Below, piece after piece: positions 1-8,597 of a stretch of DNA of 48,006 nt. The notes under the pieces are model-generated. The model searched no databases. It had not been told where the DNA came from and was given only the letters and a program-made list of their open reading frames with translations. Source of the DNA: a virus (taxonomy: Duplodnaviria; Heunggongvirae; Uroviricota; Caudoviricetes). Numbering within the stretch: the stretch's first letter is position 1; each line of letters starts with the position of its first letter. Location: the IMG/VR virus record IMGVR_UViG_2913147268_000002, one strand, 5' to 3'. The position numbers and the translations under genes are program-made.

Positions 1-522
1 CTAAAATCGTCGCTGGATACCCTGAAGGCTCACTTTCACCTTCACGCCGTCGGTGACGGACTGAACCTCCACGCTGACCGGATTGCCACTTCCGTCAACC
101 AGGCTTATCAGCGTGGTACCGGAGGATGGCAGCGTGATTTCACGGTCGAGCGTCAGCGTCCGGGTCTGGCTGTTCACCGCCAGCACACGACCACCGGTGC
201 TGATACCGGCATAGTCATCATCGCAGATTTCAATGACATCCCCCGGTACATGGCGAAGCCCTTCAGCACCCACGCTGAAGTCCACGGTCTGCGTTTCCAG
301 CAGCTCCGTTTTAATCAGCCACAGCCCGGCGCGGTGTGCCTGCCCCCGGCTGGTACAGCCAAAGGCATCCATCTTCGTGACGTTACGGCCGTAACGGGCA
401 ATGGCCTGCGTATCCTCCACGAGCTCTGTCGCCGTCTCCCAGCCGTTATCCGGGTCAATCCAGTTCACCTCAACGGCATTATGGCGGTCCTTCAGGGCGC
501 TGAAGCGCCGATTTTCCGGCGG
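1..522 (-). pseudogene. Internal fragment of lambda-type tail tip / host specificity protein J (about 170 aa)
   Basis: C-terminal 170 aa of the 1..1092 ORF (FSALKDRHNAVEVNWIDP...[16 protein letters not shown]) match the central region of lambda gpJ as I recall it. Homology stops at nt 28 and is followed by 8 unrelated codons and a stop. The upstream 190 aa of that ORF is an Arg-rich out-of-frame artefact. Confidence 0.7.
28..69. repeat. 42-bp direct repeat, copy 1 (encodes J residues [14 protein letters not shown])
   Basis: gctcactttcaccttcacgccgtcggtgacggactgaacctc is identical at 28-69 and 4077-4118. Confidence 0.9.
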
Positions 523-1486
523 CGGTGGCACTGGCTGAGGCCTGCCCGGCACTTGTTGACGCTGCACTGGCAGACGACGCAGCCGCTGTTTTTGAGCCTG
601 CCGCAGCCGAGGCGCTCTGTCCCGCTGCCGTTTCAGAAGACCTGGCGTTCGTCTCTGACGTTTTTGCCGCCTTCGCGGAATTTCCTGCCGCTGTTGCCGA
701 GGAAGCTGCGCTACTGGCGCTCGAGGATGCGTTCGTTTCTGATGATTTTGCCGCCTCTTTTGAAGCCGCCGCATCCCGGGCTGAAGTGGCAGCTTCTGAC
801 GCTTTCGTGGTCGCGGTGGATGCAGAAGTGGCTGCTGATTGTTGTGACGCTGCAGCATTCGTTTCTGACGTTTTCGCGGCACTGGCACTGGTAGCTGCCG
901 CGCTTTTTGAGGACTCTGCAGCGGCAGCACTTTTTGATGCTTCAGTGGCCTTTGTTGATGCCGTTCCTGCGCTGGAAGTCGCTGACTGAGCCGACGACGC
1001 GGCCTGTCCGGCTGACGTGCTGGCTGCGCGTGCTGAGCCTGCAGCATCAGTCGCATGGGTTGCCGCCTCACGGGCTGATGTGCTGGCATCACTGGCTGAC
1101 TTCTTCGCGGCTGCCGTGTTCTGTGCCACCACGGACGCGTTACGCGCCACCTCTTCCACCATCAGCTCAAAACGGCGCAGTGCCTCCGGACGGGCATCAT
1201 CCTCCGTCATGGCACCGAGAAAATCATTCAGCGTACCGGGTCGGGAATCTTCATACACTGTGATGGTCCCGGCATGTGACGGCGGGAATCCTTCCACCAA
1301 CAGAATAACGCTGTACTGACCGTACTCAACGTCCATACTGTAACGCCCGGCTTCATCCGGATTTTCAGATGCCAGCGTGTTCACCACCACCGTGGTACTG
1401 TTACGTTTTGCTTTCAGCTGGATTGTGCAGTTCTGTACCGGTTTTCCTGTGCCGTCTTTCAGTACACCTGAAATTTTTACTGCCAT
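479..1486 (-). pseudogene. Side tail fibre (Stf-like) N-terminal fragment, 3'-truncated
   Basis: MAVKISGVLKDGTGKPVQNCTIQLKAKRNSTTVVVNT... followed by Ala/Ser/Thr-rich repeats typical of lambdoid Stf. Homology ends near nt 506 (..AAGKSA) where it abuts the J fragment in another frame. Confidence 0.7.
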
Positions 1487-1494
1487 ATTCACCC

Positions 1495-1524
1495 CACAAA
1501 AAAGCCCGCCTGAACCGGCGGGCT
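1495..1524 (-). terminator. Intrinsic terminator downstream of lom
   Basis: Minus-strand hairpin AGCCCGCC-GGTTCA-GGCGGGCT followed by TTTTTTGTGGGG. Confidence 0.6.
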
Positions 1525-1550
1525 GTCATAACACTGTGTTACCTGGCTAA

Positions 1551-2150
1551 TCAGAATTTATAACCAACACCCACGATGAACCCGTCAGTGCGCCAGTCAC
1601 CGCTGCCGGAGCCTTCATAAGCGACATCAACGGCCACGGATTCGGTCGGGTTAAACTGCACGCCAGCCCCCCACGCCAGAGACGTGTTGCTGTGGCGACC
1701 GTCATCACTTCCGGTCAGCACATCGTGCGTTTTCCCCGTATTGTCGGTCACCTGCAGATAATCCCCGGAGAAAGTCGACACACGGCTGTAAGCCACACCC
1801 GCCATCGCATACGCGCTGAACCATTCATTCACGCGCACAGACGGCCCCGCCATTACGCTGAACCAGCGGTTACGAACGGAATCTTCATGCCAGCGGGTAT
1901 CGCTGTAACGGGTCAGCTGGCGATTCTTGTCTCCTGCATAGCTGAATGACGTCACCAGCCCCAGTGTGTCCGTAAACTCATAACGGTATTTCACGTTAAT
2001 CCCGTTCAGATCATCACTGCCGGGGACGTTCATCGAGGCATGAAGATACCCCGCGCTCAGCGTGGACTGATGTTCAGACGCCCATGCAGGCGCACCGGAT
2101 ACGGCCAGACAAATGGCTGCGGACAAAATGGCTGCACAAACTTTACGCAT
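1551..2150 (-). CDS. lom: Outer membrane protein Lom (Ail/Lom family)
   Basis: 199 aa with signal peptide (MRKVCAAILSAAICLAVSGAPAWA) and beta-barrel ending ...GVGYKF; sits immediately downstream of J as in lambda. Confidence 0.85.
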   Translation of the reverse strand: MRKVCAAILSAAICLAVSGAPAWASEHQSTLSAGYLHASMNVPGSDDLNGINVKYRYEFTDTLGLVTSFSYAGDKNRQLTRYSDTRWHEDSVRNRWFSVMAGPSVRVNEWFSAYAMAGVAYSRVSTFSGDYLQVTDNTGKTHDVLTGSDDGRHSNTSLAWGAGVQFNPTESVAVDVAYEGSGSGDWRTDGFIVGVGYKF

Positions 2151-2171
2151 AATTACCTCTCGCTTTTCTGC

Positions 2172-2200
2172 AATAAAAAAGGCGTCATTCCTGACGCCCT
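2172..2200 (-). terminator. Intrinsic terminator downstream of the J fragment
   Basis: Minus-strand hairpin GGCGTCA-GGAA-TGACGCC followed by TTTTTTATT. Confidence 0.6.
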
Positions 2201-2220
2201 TTATTGGGGTTATAAATATT

Positions 2221-4118
2221 TCAACGAATACTGATGCCGGAAGCGGCTTTTTTGGTCACAATCACCGTACAGTCGGTGATATTGCCTGCCCCCTGATTGC
2301 CTTTCTGGAAAATCTTAAACTCCAGAGTGACGCTTCCCCTGCCACTCGGCATATCAATAACCGCACTGTAACTACCGGGAATGGCCCCTTTAGTTTCTCT
2401 GGATGCGATTAATACGCCGTTTTTGCGAACTTCAAAACCATAACCCGTGTATCGCGTGCCTCCTGGGTTATTTCCGCTCCCCGGATCGTCATACGCTATA
2501 CCGTTAAAAATAATGGGCGGAATAATAATCTGGCGGTCAAAGTTATGATCATCGCTGATGGTGACTGTAACCGTACCGTTTGGTGTTTCCGTGTTACCCC
2601 ACGTACCGACTTTTTTCGGGAAGGCTTTTGATACAGCTTTAACGAAATCTCCTCTGACCTGGGTCGCCTCCAGCATGCCCTTAATCGTACAGTTCTGGTT
2701 AATCGTGACATTGTTGAGCGTTCCTGAGTTCGCATTCACACTGCCACTGATATCCGCATTTTTCGCCGTCAGTCTCCCGTCTGATGTCAGGGAAAATGCC
2801 GGAGGATTACCGCCGCTGGTAATGGTGGGGGCCGTCAGGCGTTTCAGGAACACTTCATTCATGAATATCTGATCGCCCTGACCAACAAACATCGGCTTTG
2901 TGTTGCCATTCGCAGGATTAATCATCGCAATCCTGTCTGCTGCCAGCAGCACCTGACTCTGCATGCCGTCAGGGGTGTTCTCAATACCGGCACCGATACC
3001 CGCAATATAAAGGCGTCCGTCCTGCATCTGCTGCAGCTTCACTGCCCACATGCTGTTCAGGTTATTATTTGTATCAACCTGAACCTTCTGTATCTGCTGG
3101 ATCGCTGCACTCTGGTCTTCCAGTTTCTTATTGACGGTCTGTGTTATTTCATTGCTGACATCCGTTATGGACGTCCTGATTTCAGTCAGGTCAGGCGCAA
3201 GCTGACCGTTATCAATCTGCGTCCACAGCTCCTGAGCCAGATGGGTTTTCCCTATCTCGCCTTTGAAAAAATCCAGATAGCCTGATGCATCATCACTCGG
3301 CTGACCGACAGCCTCCACGAATGCCGATTTGCCAACGGTGTTCACACTGCGAACGTAAAAATAATAATCATGGCCCGGTTTGATATTGATACTGGCGGCT
3401 ATCCAGTACAGTGCCGTACCAAGATAACGCGCGCTGGTTTCAACCTGCCTGATATCCGCAATCCGTTTTTCCGAGAACCAGAACTCAAACTGTACCGTCG
3501 GGTCATAAACCGCAAGATGCGGCGTGGCGGTTATCTGAAAATAGCCCGGCGTCAGCTCAATCCGCGACGGCGCTGCCGGTGCGGCAATCCGGAACGATAC
3601 CGACGCCGGATCGCCCTGCTGCCCCCACGCATTTACTGCCCGGACTGTCAGCCTGTAGTTCCCCAGCGCCAGTTGTGTGAAGCGGTATGTGGTTTCCGTC
3701 GTCCGGGCCGTGCTGACCAGCCGCTCACGGCCGTCATCCGCTGCCACGGTCAGGCGAAGCAGGAAGCTCACGCCCTTCACCACCTTCGGCGTGTCCCAGC
3801 GGGCCAGCACCTGGTATTCCCCGCTGTCTGCGGTGACTTCTGCGGTCAGGTGCTGCACCGCTGGCGGCGTGACACCATTTACCGTGCAGCTCTGGTCGCC
3901 GTCAAAGTGCGCCCCGTTATCCACGATGGCCTCTTTTTCCGGTACATGCTGCACGGCGGTGATGGCATACGTGCCGTCGTCGTTCTCACGGATACTCACG
4001 CAGCGGAACAGGCGCTGGCGCAACGTCGGCAGCTTCAGCCCCCATACGCTGTATTCAGCAACGCCGTCAGGAACACGGCTCACTTTCACCTTCACGCCGT
4101 CGGTGACGGACTGAACCT
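2221..4118 (-). pseudogene. Tail tip / host specificity protein J, C-terminal about 630 aa (5'-truncated)
   Basis: [66 protein letters not shown]... is collinear with lambda gpJ through its C-terminus. Homology continues without a start codon to the 42-bp repeat at 4077-4118, where it abuts Stf-like sequence. Confidence 0.8.
4077..4118. repeat. 42-bp direct repeat, copy 2
   Basis: Identical to 28-69. Confidence 0.9.
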
Positions 4119-5548
4119 CAAGCCGTGCTTGCGATTTGGGTATTATTCGTTCCCTGTCGCGCAGTTGGTGTTGTTGGCGTTCCGGTCAGTGCAGGACTAT
4201 TTAAGGGCGCTTTCTTGTTCGTTTCACCCATTACCGCCTTAACCGCTTTTGGCGTTGCCGCCAGTGACTCGGAAGTGCTGTTGGTCGCACTGCTGAGCTG
4301 TACTATCCCCTTTTTCGTCGTGCTCGCATCCTCAAGCGCCACGGCGGATGCAATATCCTCTGCCCGTTTTGCCGCTGTCTCGGCGCGCGTTGCCGCGGAT
4401 TCCGCCGTACTTTTGCTCTGAGCTGCCGCCGTCGCACTGCCAGCTGCCTCTGTCGCCTTCGTGGATGCCGTCGTGGCGCTGCCCTTTGCTGCTGACGCCT
4501 GTCTGGTCGCCTCATCTTTTGAAGCAGACGCAGATGATGCCGATTCAATGACAGCTCCGGCGAGATGAATATTACCGCAGCCAGTATCAGTAATGATTTT
4601 ATTATTGCCATAAGACCAGGAACCCTTGCACATCCAGTATGGATGGTTAAATGCTCCCTGAGAATCCAGCCACTCGATAAACTGTGCAGTCGTCCAGTTT
4701 CCTGTTGTTGTGCTTACTGACCCACCGAAGGCACGGCAGGCACCAATATTTTTCGTAAAGGTGTCTTTGCCAGGGATATCCGCACCGTTCTGATCTTTCT
4801 GCAGACGTTTCTCAGCATTGTCATTGGCTGCTTTTACTGCCTTTGGCGTTGCCGCCAGCGTTTCAGACGTGCTGTTGGTCGCGCTGCTTAGCTGGATTAT
4901 CCCTTTCTGTGCTGTCGTTGCATCCTGTGCGGTGTATTTCCCGGTGTCGCCGCCGGGCGAGGGTTTGATTTCCGGTGCCTTACCACTAATGAAGGCTAAG
5001 GTGCGACCGGCTACGTTCAGAATAGCAGTTGCCATACGATCGGGAATAATGCCACGACGCGCCCATGAGCTGAAATGCGTCGGGCGATTTGATGATACCC
5101 AGTTTTTGTTCGTTCGGGATGCCGAACCGTAATAACCAGACCCGGCAATATCAGGATCTTCTGACGGGTTGTTTGTCGGTGTATTAACTCCGCTACCATC
5201 GGTCATAAAGGGAACAAAATAAATCTGCTGGGATTCTTTACCTTTATATGCACCATATACCACTTCATATTGCGTACCGTGTTCTTGTTTCCACGCGTAT
5301 GTCGTGTCGCCACAAATCCAGGGGACTGATGCCGGACTTCCACCGTGACACTGCGCCGCCAGCCCGGCAAGGTCAGCACGGAACTGCTGTACCATTGCAA
5401 GAAATGCTGCTGGCTGCTGGGCGTAACTGGCATTCGTCATATCGAATTCCCCCTGCATCCAGCATATCGCCAGCAAAACGTTTTTCGGGTTTTTCTGCAA
5501 TGCTGCCTTCGTGCGGAAAAGCAGATCCTGATATAACGGCTTACCCAC
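4118..5548 (-). pseudogene. Chimeric ORF: SASA-type esterase fragment + tail-fibre tip segment + Stf central segment
   Basis: N-terminal part has ICWMQGEFDM, resembling the WYQGES motif of sialate O-acetylesterase (SASA) domains, but lacks the N-terminal half of such a domain. Middle has KGIIQLSSATNSTSETLAATPKAVKA and a Cys-containing tip (GNIHLAGAVIE). C-terminal part (SASSASASKDEATRQ...[10 protein letters not shown]) matches the lambda Stf central region and ends at a stop formed at the J-repeat junction. Confidence 0.5.
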
Positions 5549-6171
5549 TCCCCAGCGAGCCGAATCCTGACTGGCCCCCGTGGACTCGCTGAATGTCCCC
5601 TCCGTGCCCTGGGTGAATGCCGAACCACCACGACAGCATGGTACCAGCAGGATCCCCGCGTTATTAGGGATATACGGAAGCAGTTTTTTGGCAATATGTA
5701 AGCCCTGTCCGACACAGCCGTACTGCCCTTATACCCGGCATCTTTCGGACGATACGGCCCCTGATAATGTTCCGCGAACAGAATGCGCTCTGTGGCGGGG
5801 AAATACGCCCGCAGGCTTTCCTTGTTGCATCCGTTCCAGCGTCCGGACGGCTTCGCCCAGATAATATGGTTCAGCACACTGAAGCGTTCACGCATCATGA
5901 TTTCGATATCAGATGCCAGGCGATGACCACAGAACAGGTAAAGACTTCCGGCAGGTTTCAGCACCCGCCAGAACTGCGCCAGACACTGGTCCAGCCACTT
6001 CAGGTAATCATCGTCGCCCTTCCACTGGTTATCCCAGCCCTCAGGCTTCACTTTAAAGTACGGCGGGTCCGTGACTATCAGGTCAACAGAATTTTCGGGT
6101 AACGACCGGATAAATTCCAGGCAGTCGGCGTTGATTAACTCACAACTGGATATTTTTACAGTATTAGCCAT
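5437..6171 (-). pseudogene. N6-adenine DNA methyltransferase, 3'-truncated (homology about 5720-6171)
   Basis: N-terminal 150 aa carry the motif IV signature LIVTDPPYF and IIWAKP typical of beta-class N6-adenine methylases. No FxGxG AdoMet motif follows; the rest of the ORF is low-complexity read-through. Confidence 0.6.
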
Positions 6172-6300
6172 AGATCAATAAGCACTTCTCTGATAGGCTC
6201 ATACCGCTTTTGCGCAAAGCAGATGGGCCTGAGGTTTGCTTGTGACCCCAACGCATGAGCAGATGGCTGGAATAAAATCAAAGCAATAAGCAGTGTCGTG

Positions 6301-6327
6301 AAACCACCTTCGGGTGGTTTTTTTGTA
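6301..6327 (+). terminator. Hairpin plus T-tract between the methylase remnant and int
   Basis: AAACCACC-TTCG-GGTGGTTT followed by TTTTTTTG on the plus strand; weaker in the minus orientation. Confidence 0.5.
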
Positions 6328-6387
6328 TCTTCTTTCTCATTTCCGAAGATGCGTCCGAAGATGATTTTTCTCTGGACGCATCATCAT

Positions 6388-7434
6388 TCATTTTCTCTGG
6401 CCACCAACTACGGGCACTACTTTAACTTTCCGGTCATATGCTGCTGTCTGTCGCGGGTTCTTATGCCCGGAAATTGCTTGCTTCTCTTCCAGGCTGCCTT
6501 CCAGATCAGAGATACCTTTTGCTTTCAGATCATGAAATGTGAAGTCTATTTGCAGATGAGGATATTTTTCCTGTGCTGCCGCTTTGACATCACGCCAACG
6601 AGAGTTAAAACCATCACGGGTATACTTGCCACCGGTAGTTTGATGAATCACAAACAGGCTACTGATTCCCGTTTTTAATGGCAGAGAACGAGCCAGAGCT
6701 ATCGCTTTCTGCAGACGAGGCGACCAGGCTTTGATTTGCTTAACGCCGGTTTTTCCCTGACGAATGTAGATCCCGGAATCGAACAGCTGGTCTTTCTGCA
6801 ATGAAAGTACATCACTCTGTCTGGCCACGCATAAGTAGGCAATCTCCATTGCTACGCGAACAACATCAGGAGACACTTCATAAACGGCCTGATATTCTTC
6901 ATCCGTAATATAACGTTCGCGAGCTTTCTCTTTAAACTGTTTAACTCCCTGACAAGGATTCCTCTGAACATAACCTCGTTCATAACCCCAACGGAATACC
7001 CGGGACATAAAGCTTTTTTCCCTGTTTGCCTGAGTTCGGCTTGATAAACCGCGTTGATCCATATAGCGCCGAATATGTTCAGGTTTGATTTTATCCGGGT
7101 CGATCTTCCCGAAGACAGGCAGAACTTTTCCGGAATATTTTGTGTAGTCTTTCCGGGTTTCGACTGCCAAATCCATAAAATCAGGGGAGGTCATGAATTG
7201 TTCCGTGAGCGCCTGAAAAGTATTTCTTTCTTTTTCGTCACCGACCGCTTTTTCATATGCCAGCCATACGGCTGATCGTGGTGCATCCAATGCGCACAGG
7301 CGTATCGCTTTGTTATCTTTATTCCTGAATTCGTAGGCCGCTTTGCCCTGGTAAACACGAGGCGGCATCCAGTTATCTGCTGGGTTCTTTCTCTTTCCGG
7401 CCATTAAATATTGCTCCAAAATCAGGTTCATCAT
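6388..7434 (-). CDS. int: Tyrosine recombinase, phage integrase
   Basis: 348 aa with lambda-Int-like layout; C-terminal catalytic region includes HDLKAKGISD and ...ISGHKNPRQTAAYDR; start may be the internal MAGKRK. Confidence 0.9.
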   Translation of the reverse strand: MMNLILEQYLMAGKRKNPADNWMPPRVYQGKAAYEFRNKDNKAIRLCALDAPRSAVWLAYEKAVGDEKERNTFQALTEQFMTSPDFMDLAVETRKDYTKYSGKVLPVFGKIDPDKIKPEHIRRYMDQRGLSSRTQANREKSFMSRVFRWGYERGYVQRNPCQGVKQFKEKARERYITDEEYQAVYEVSPDVVRVAMEIAYLCVARQSDVLSLQKDQLFDSGIYIRQGKTGVKQIKAWSPRLQKAIALARSLPLKTGISSLFVIHQTTGGKYTRDGFNSRWRDVKAAAQEKYPHLQIDFTFHDLKAKGISDLEGSLEEKQAISGHKNPRQTAAYDRKVKVVPVVGGQRK

Positions 7435-7636
7435 CTTTTCGCGTCGTCACCTCCTGTAAATTGCGAAATTTTATTGGGTTCATGAAATGGCCCCAGGTTG
7501 TTTTTGGGTGTCCGTCAGCCCTTTCCATGAAGAAAATTCCAGCCCGGCGAAGAGCCTCACATTGCTTTGATTTAAGTGGGCTTCCCGTCAGCTCGACCAT
7601 TTCTTCTCTGGTGATTATGTCGTGATCGCTTTTCAT
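7373..7636 (-). CDS. Putative excisionase / small DNA-binding protein
   Basis: 87 aa immediately upstream of and overlapping the int start; call rests on position and size, not on a recognised motif. Confidence 0.45.
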   Translation of the reverse strand: MKSDHDIITREEMVELTGSPLKSKQCEALRRAGIFFMERADGHPKTTWGHFMNPIKFRNLQEVTTRKDDEPDFGAIFNGRKEKEPSR

Positions 7637-7845
7637 GGTCTTTCCTCATTATGTAGCTTATTGCGTCATCTGCCTTCTGGCAGGCACGGGCAATATCAGA
7701 CTCGGTCAAAGTCTGTTTCCTGACGCTGGCCGACAGTCGACCAATTTTGATATCAAATGCGGAGAGCAGAGTTGCTCCCGGTTGCCATCGCAGCATTGTG
7801 ATCCTCCGGTGTCTGGTGAATCGCAATGCTAGCGATGGTGAGTTT

Positions 7846-8028
7846 TTATTTCTGATTAGGCGTAATCAGTTCTTGTGGGGTGAATGCCGATTTCTCCCGA
7901 GTGACCTTAATGTTTTCTGGCAGGTGTAGCCCAAGTTCGCAGCGGCTCCGTGCTTCAATAATGCCATTGGTACCATCGGCAAGTACCAGGTGAACCGCGT
8001 CACCACGCTTTAATGTGAGTTTAAGCAT
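7846..8028 (-). CDS. Hypothetical protein (60 aa)
   Basis: Start overlaps the stop of the upstream gene (TAATG), suggesting translational coupling. Confidence 0.4.
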   Translation of the reverse strand: MLKLTLKRGDAVHLVLADGTNGIIEARSRCELGLHLPENIKVTREKSAFTPQELITPNQK

Positions 8029-8597
8029 TAGCGTATCCTCAGTGACCGTTCGCCGCGTTCCAGATGTGCGCCTGGTACCGGGTTTAATAACTCGGCTGGT
8101 GGTGTTTCTCCACGCGCCAGTATTTCGGCGGCAACCGCCTCCGCAGATTCAATCACTTCTTTAATGGCTCGCTTGTTTGGTGTAATAACCGTTTCTACAT
8201 CAACAAGTGACACGCCCTCATACTCATCCGGGATCTTATCTTTGCTATCGATAATTACCCGGATAGTCCCCTGTGCATCAGTAAATGTGTTTTTTGCGGT
8301 TTTCAGTTTATCCAGGCCAGCAGCTTGCAGGCAGGTGAGCATATGCTTTCGAATTGCTTTTTCCTTGCCTTCAAAGGACGTCTTACGGGTTGCCAGGCGA
8401 GACATTTCTTCAGCGCAGGTATTGGCATTGCCCTGTAAATTACGGCAGATGACCATCATGGCGTCCAGTTTGTCTCCCAGTTCTCCTTCCATGCCTTCAA
8501 GCGTGTCGGCGATCATCTCTGGCGTCAGTTCATCGGCGGTTTCTAACAGGTCAATCAGACTGGCATATTCTTTTGCAATAGCGATAGCAGTGCTCAT
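8028..8597 (-). CDS. Hypothetical phage protein (189 aa), recombination-module position
   Basis: ATGA overlap with the upstream 738-aa gene; acidic, helix-rich; function inferred only from position between the annealing protein and xis/int. Confidence 0.5.
   Translation of the reverse strand: MSTAIAIAKEYASLIDLLETADELTPEMIADTLEGMEGELGDKLDAMMVICRNLQGNANTCAEEMSRLATRKTSFEGKEKAIRKHMLTCLQAAGLDKLKTAKNTFTDAQGTIRVIIDSKDKIPDEYEGVSLVDVETVITPNKRAIKEVIESAEAVAAEILARGETPPAELLNPVPGAHLERGERSLRIR

Noticed and set aside
523-1092. Arg/Gln/Pro-rich N-terminal 190 aa of the 363-aa minus-strand ORF (1..1092)
   Set aside because: Out-of-frame read-through across the Stf-like gene, which is coded in another frame (479..1492); only the C-terminal 170 aa are J-like.
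4303-4611. 102-aa Arg-rich minus-strand ORF
   Set aside because: Alternative frame within the Stf-like Ala/Ser-rich repeat region; composition typical of a frame artefact.
7572-7826. 84-aa minus-strand ORF overlapping the excisionase candidate
   Set aside because: Different frame overlapping the xis-like gene, no clear RBS or motif; not excluded but unsupported.
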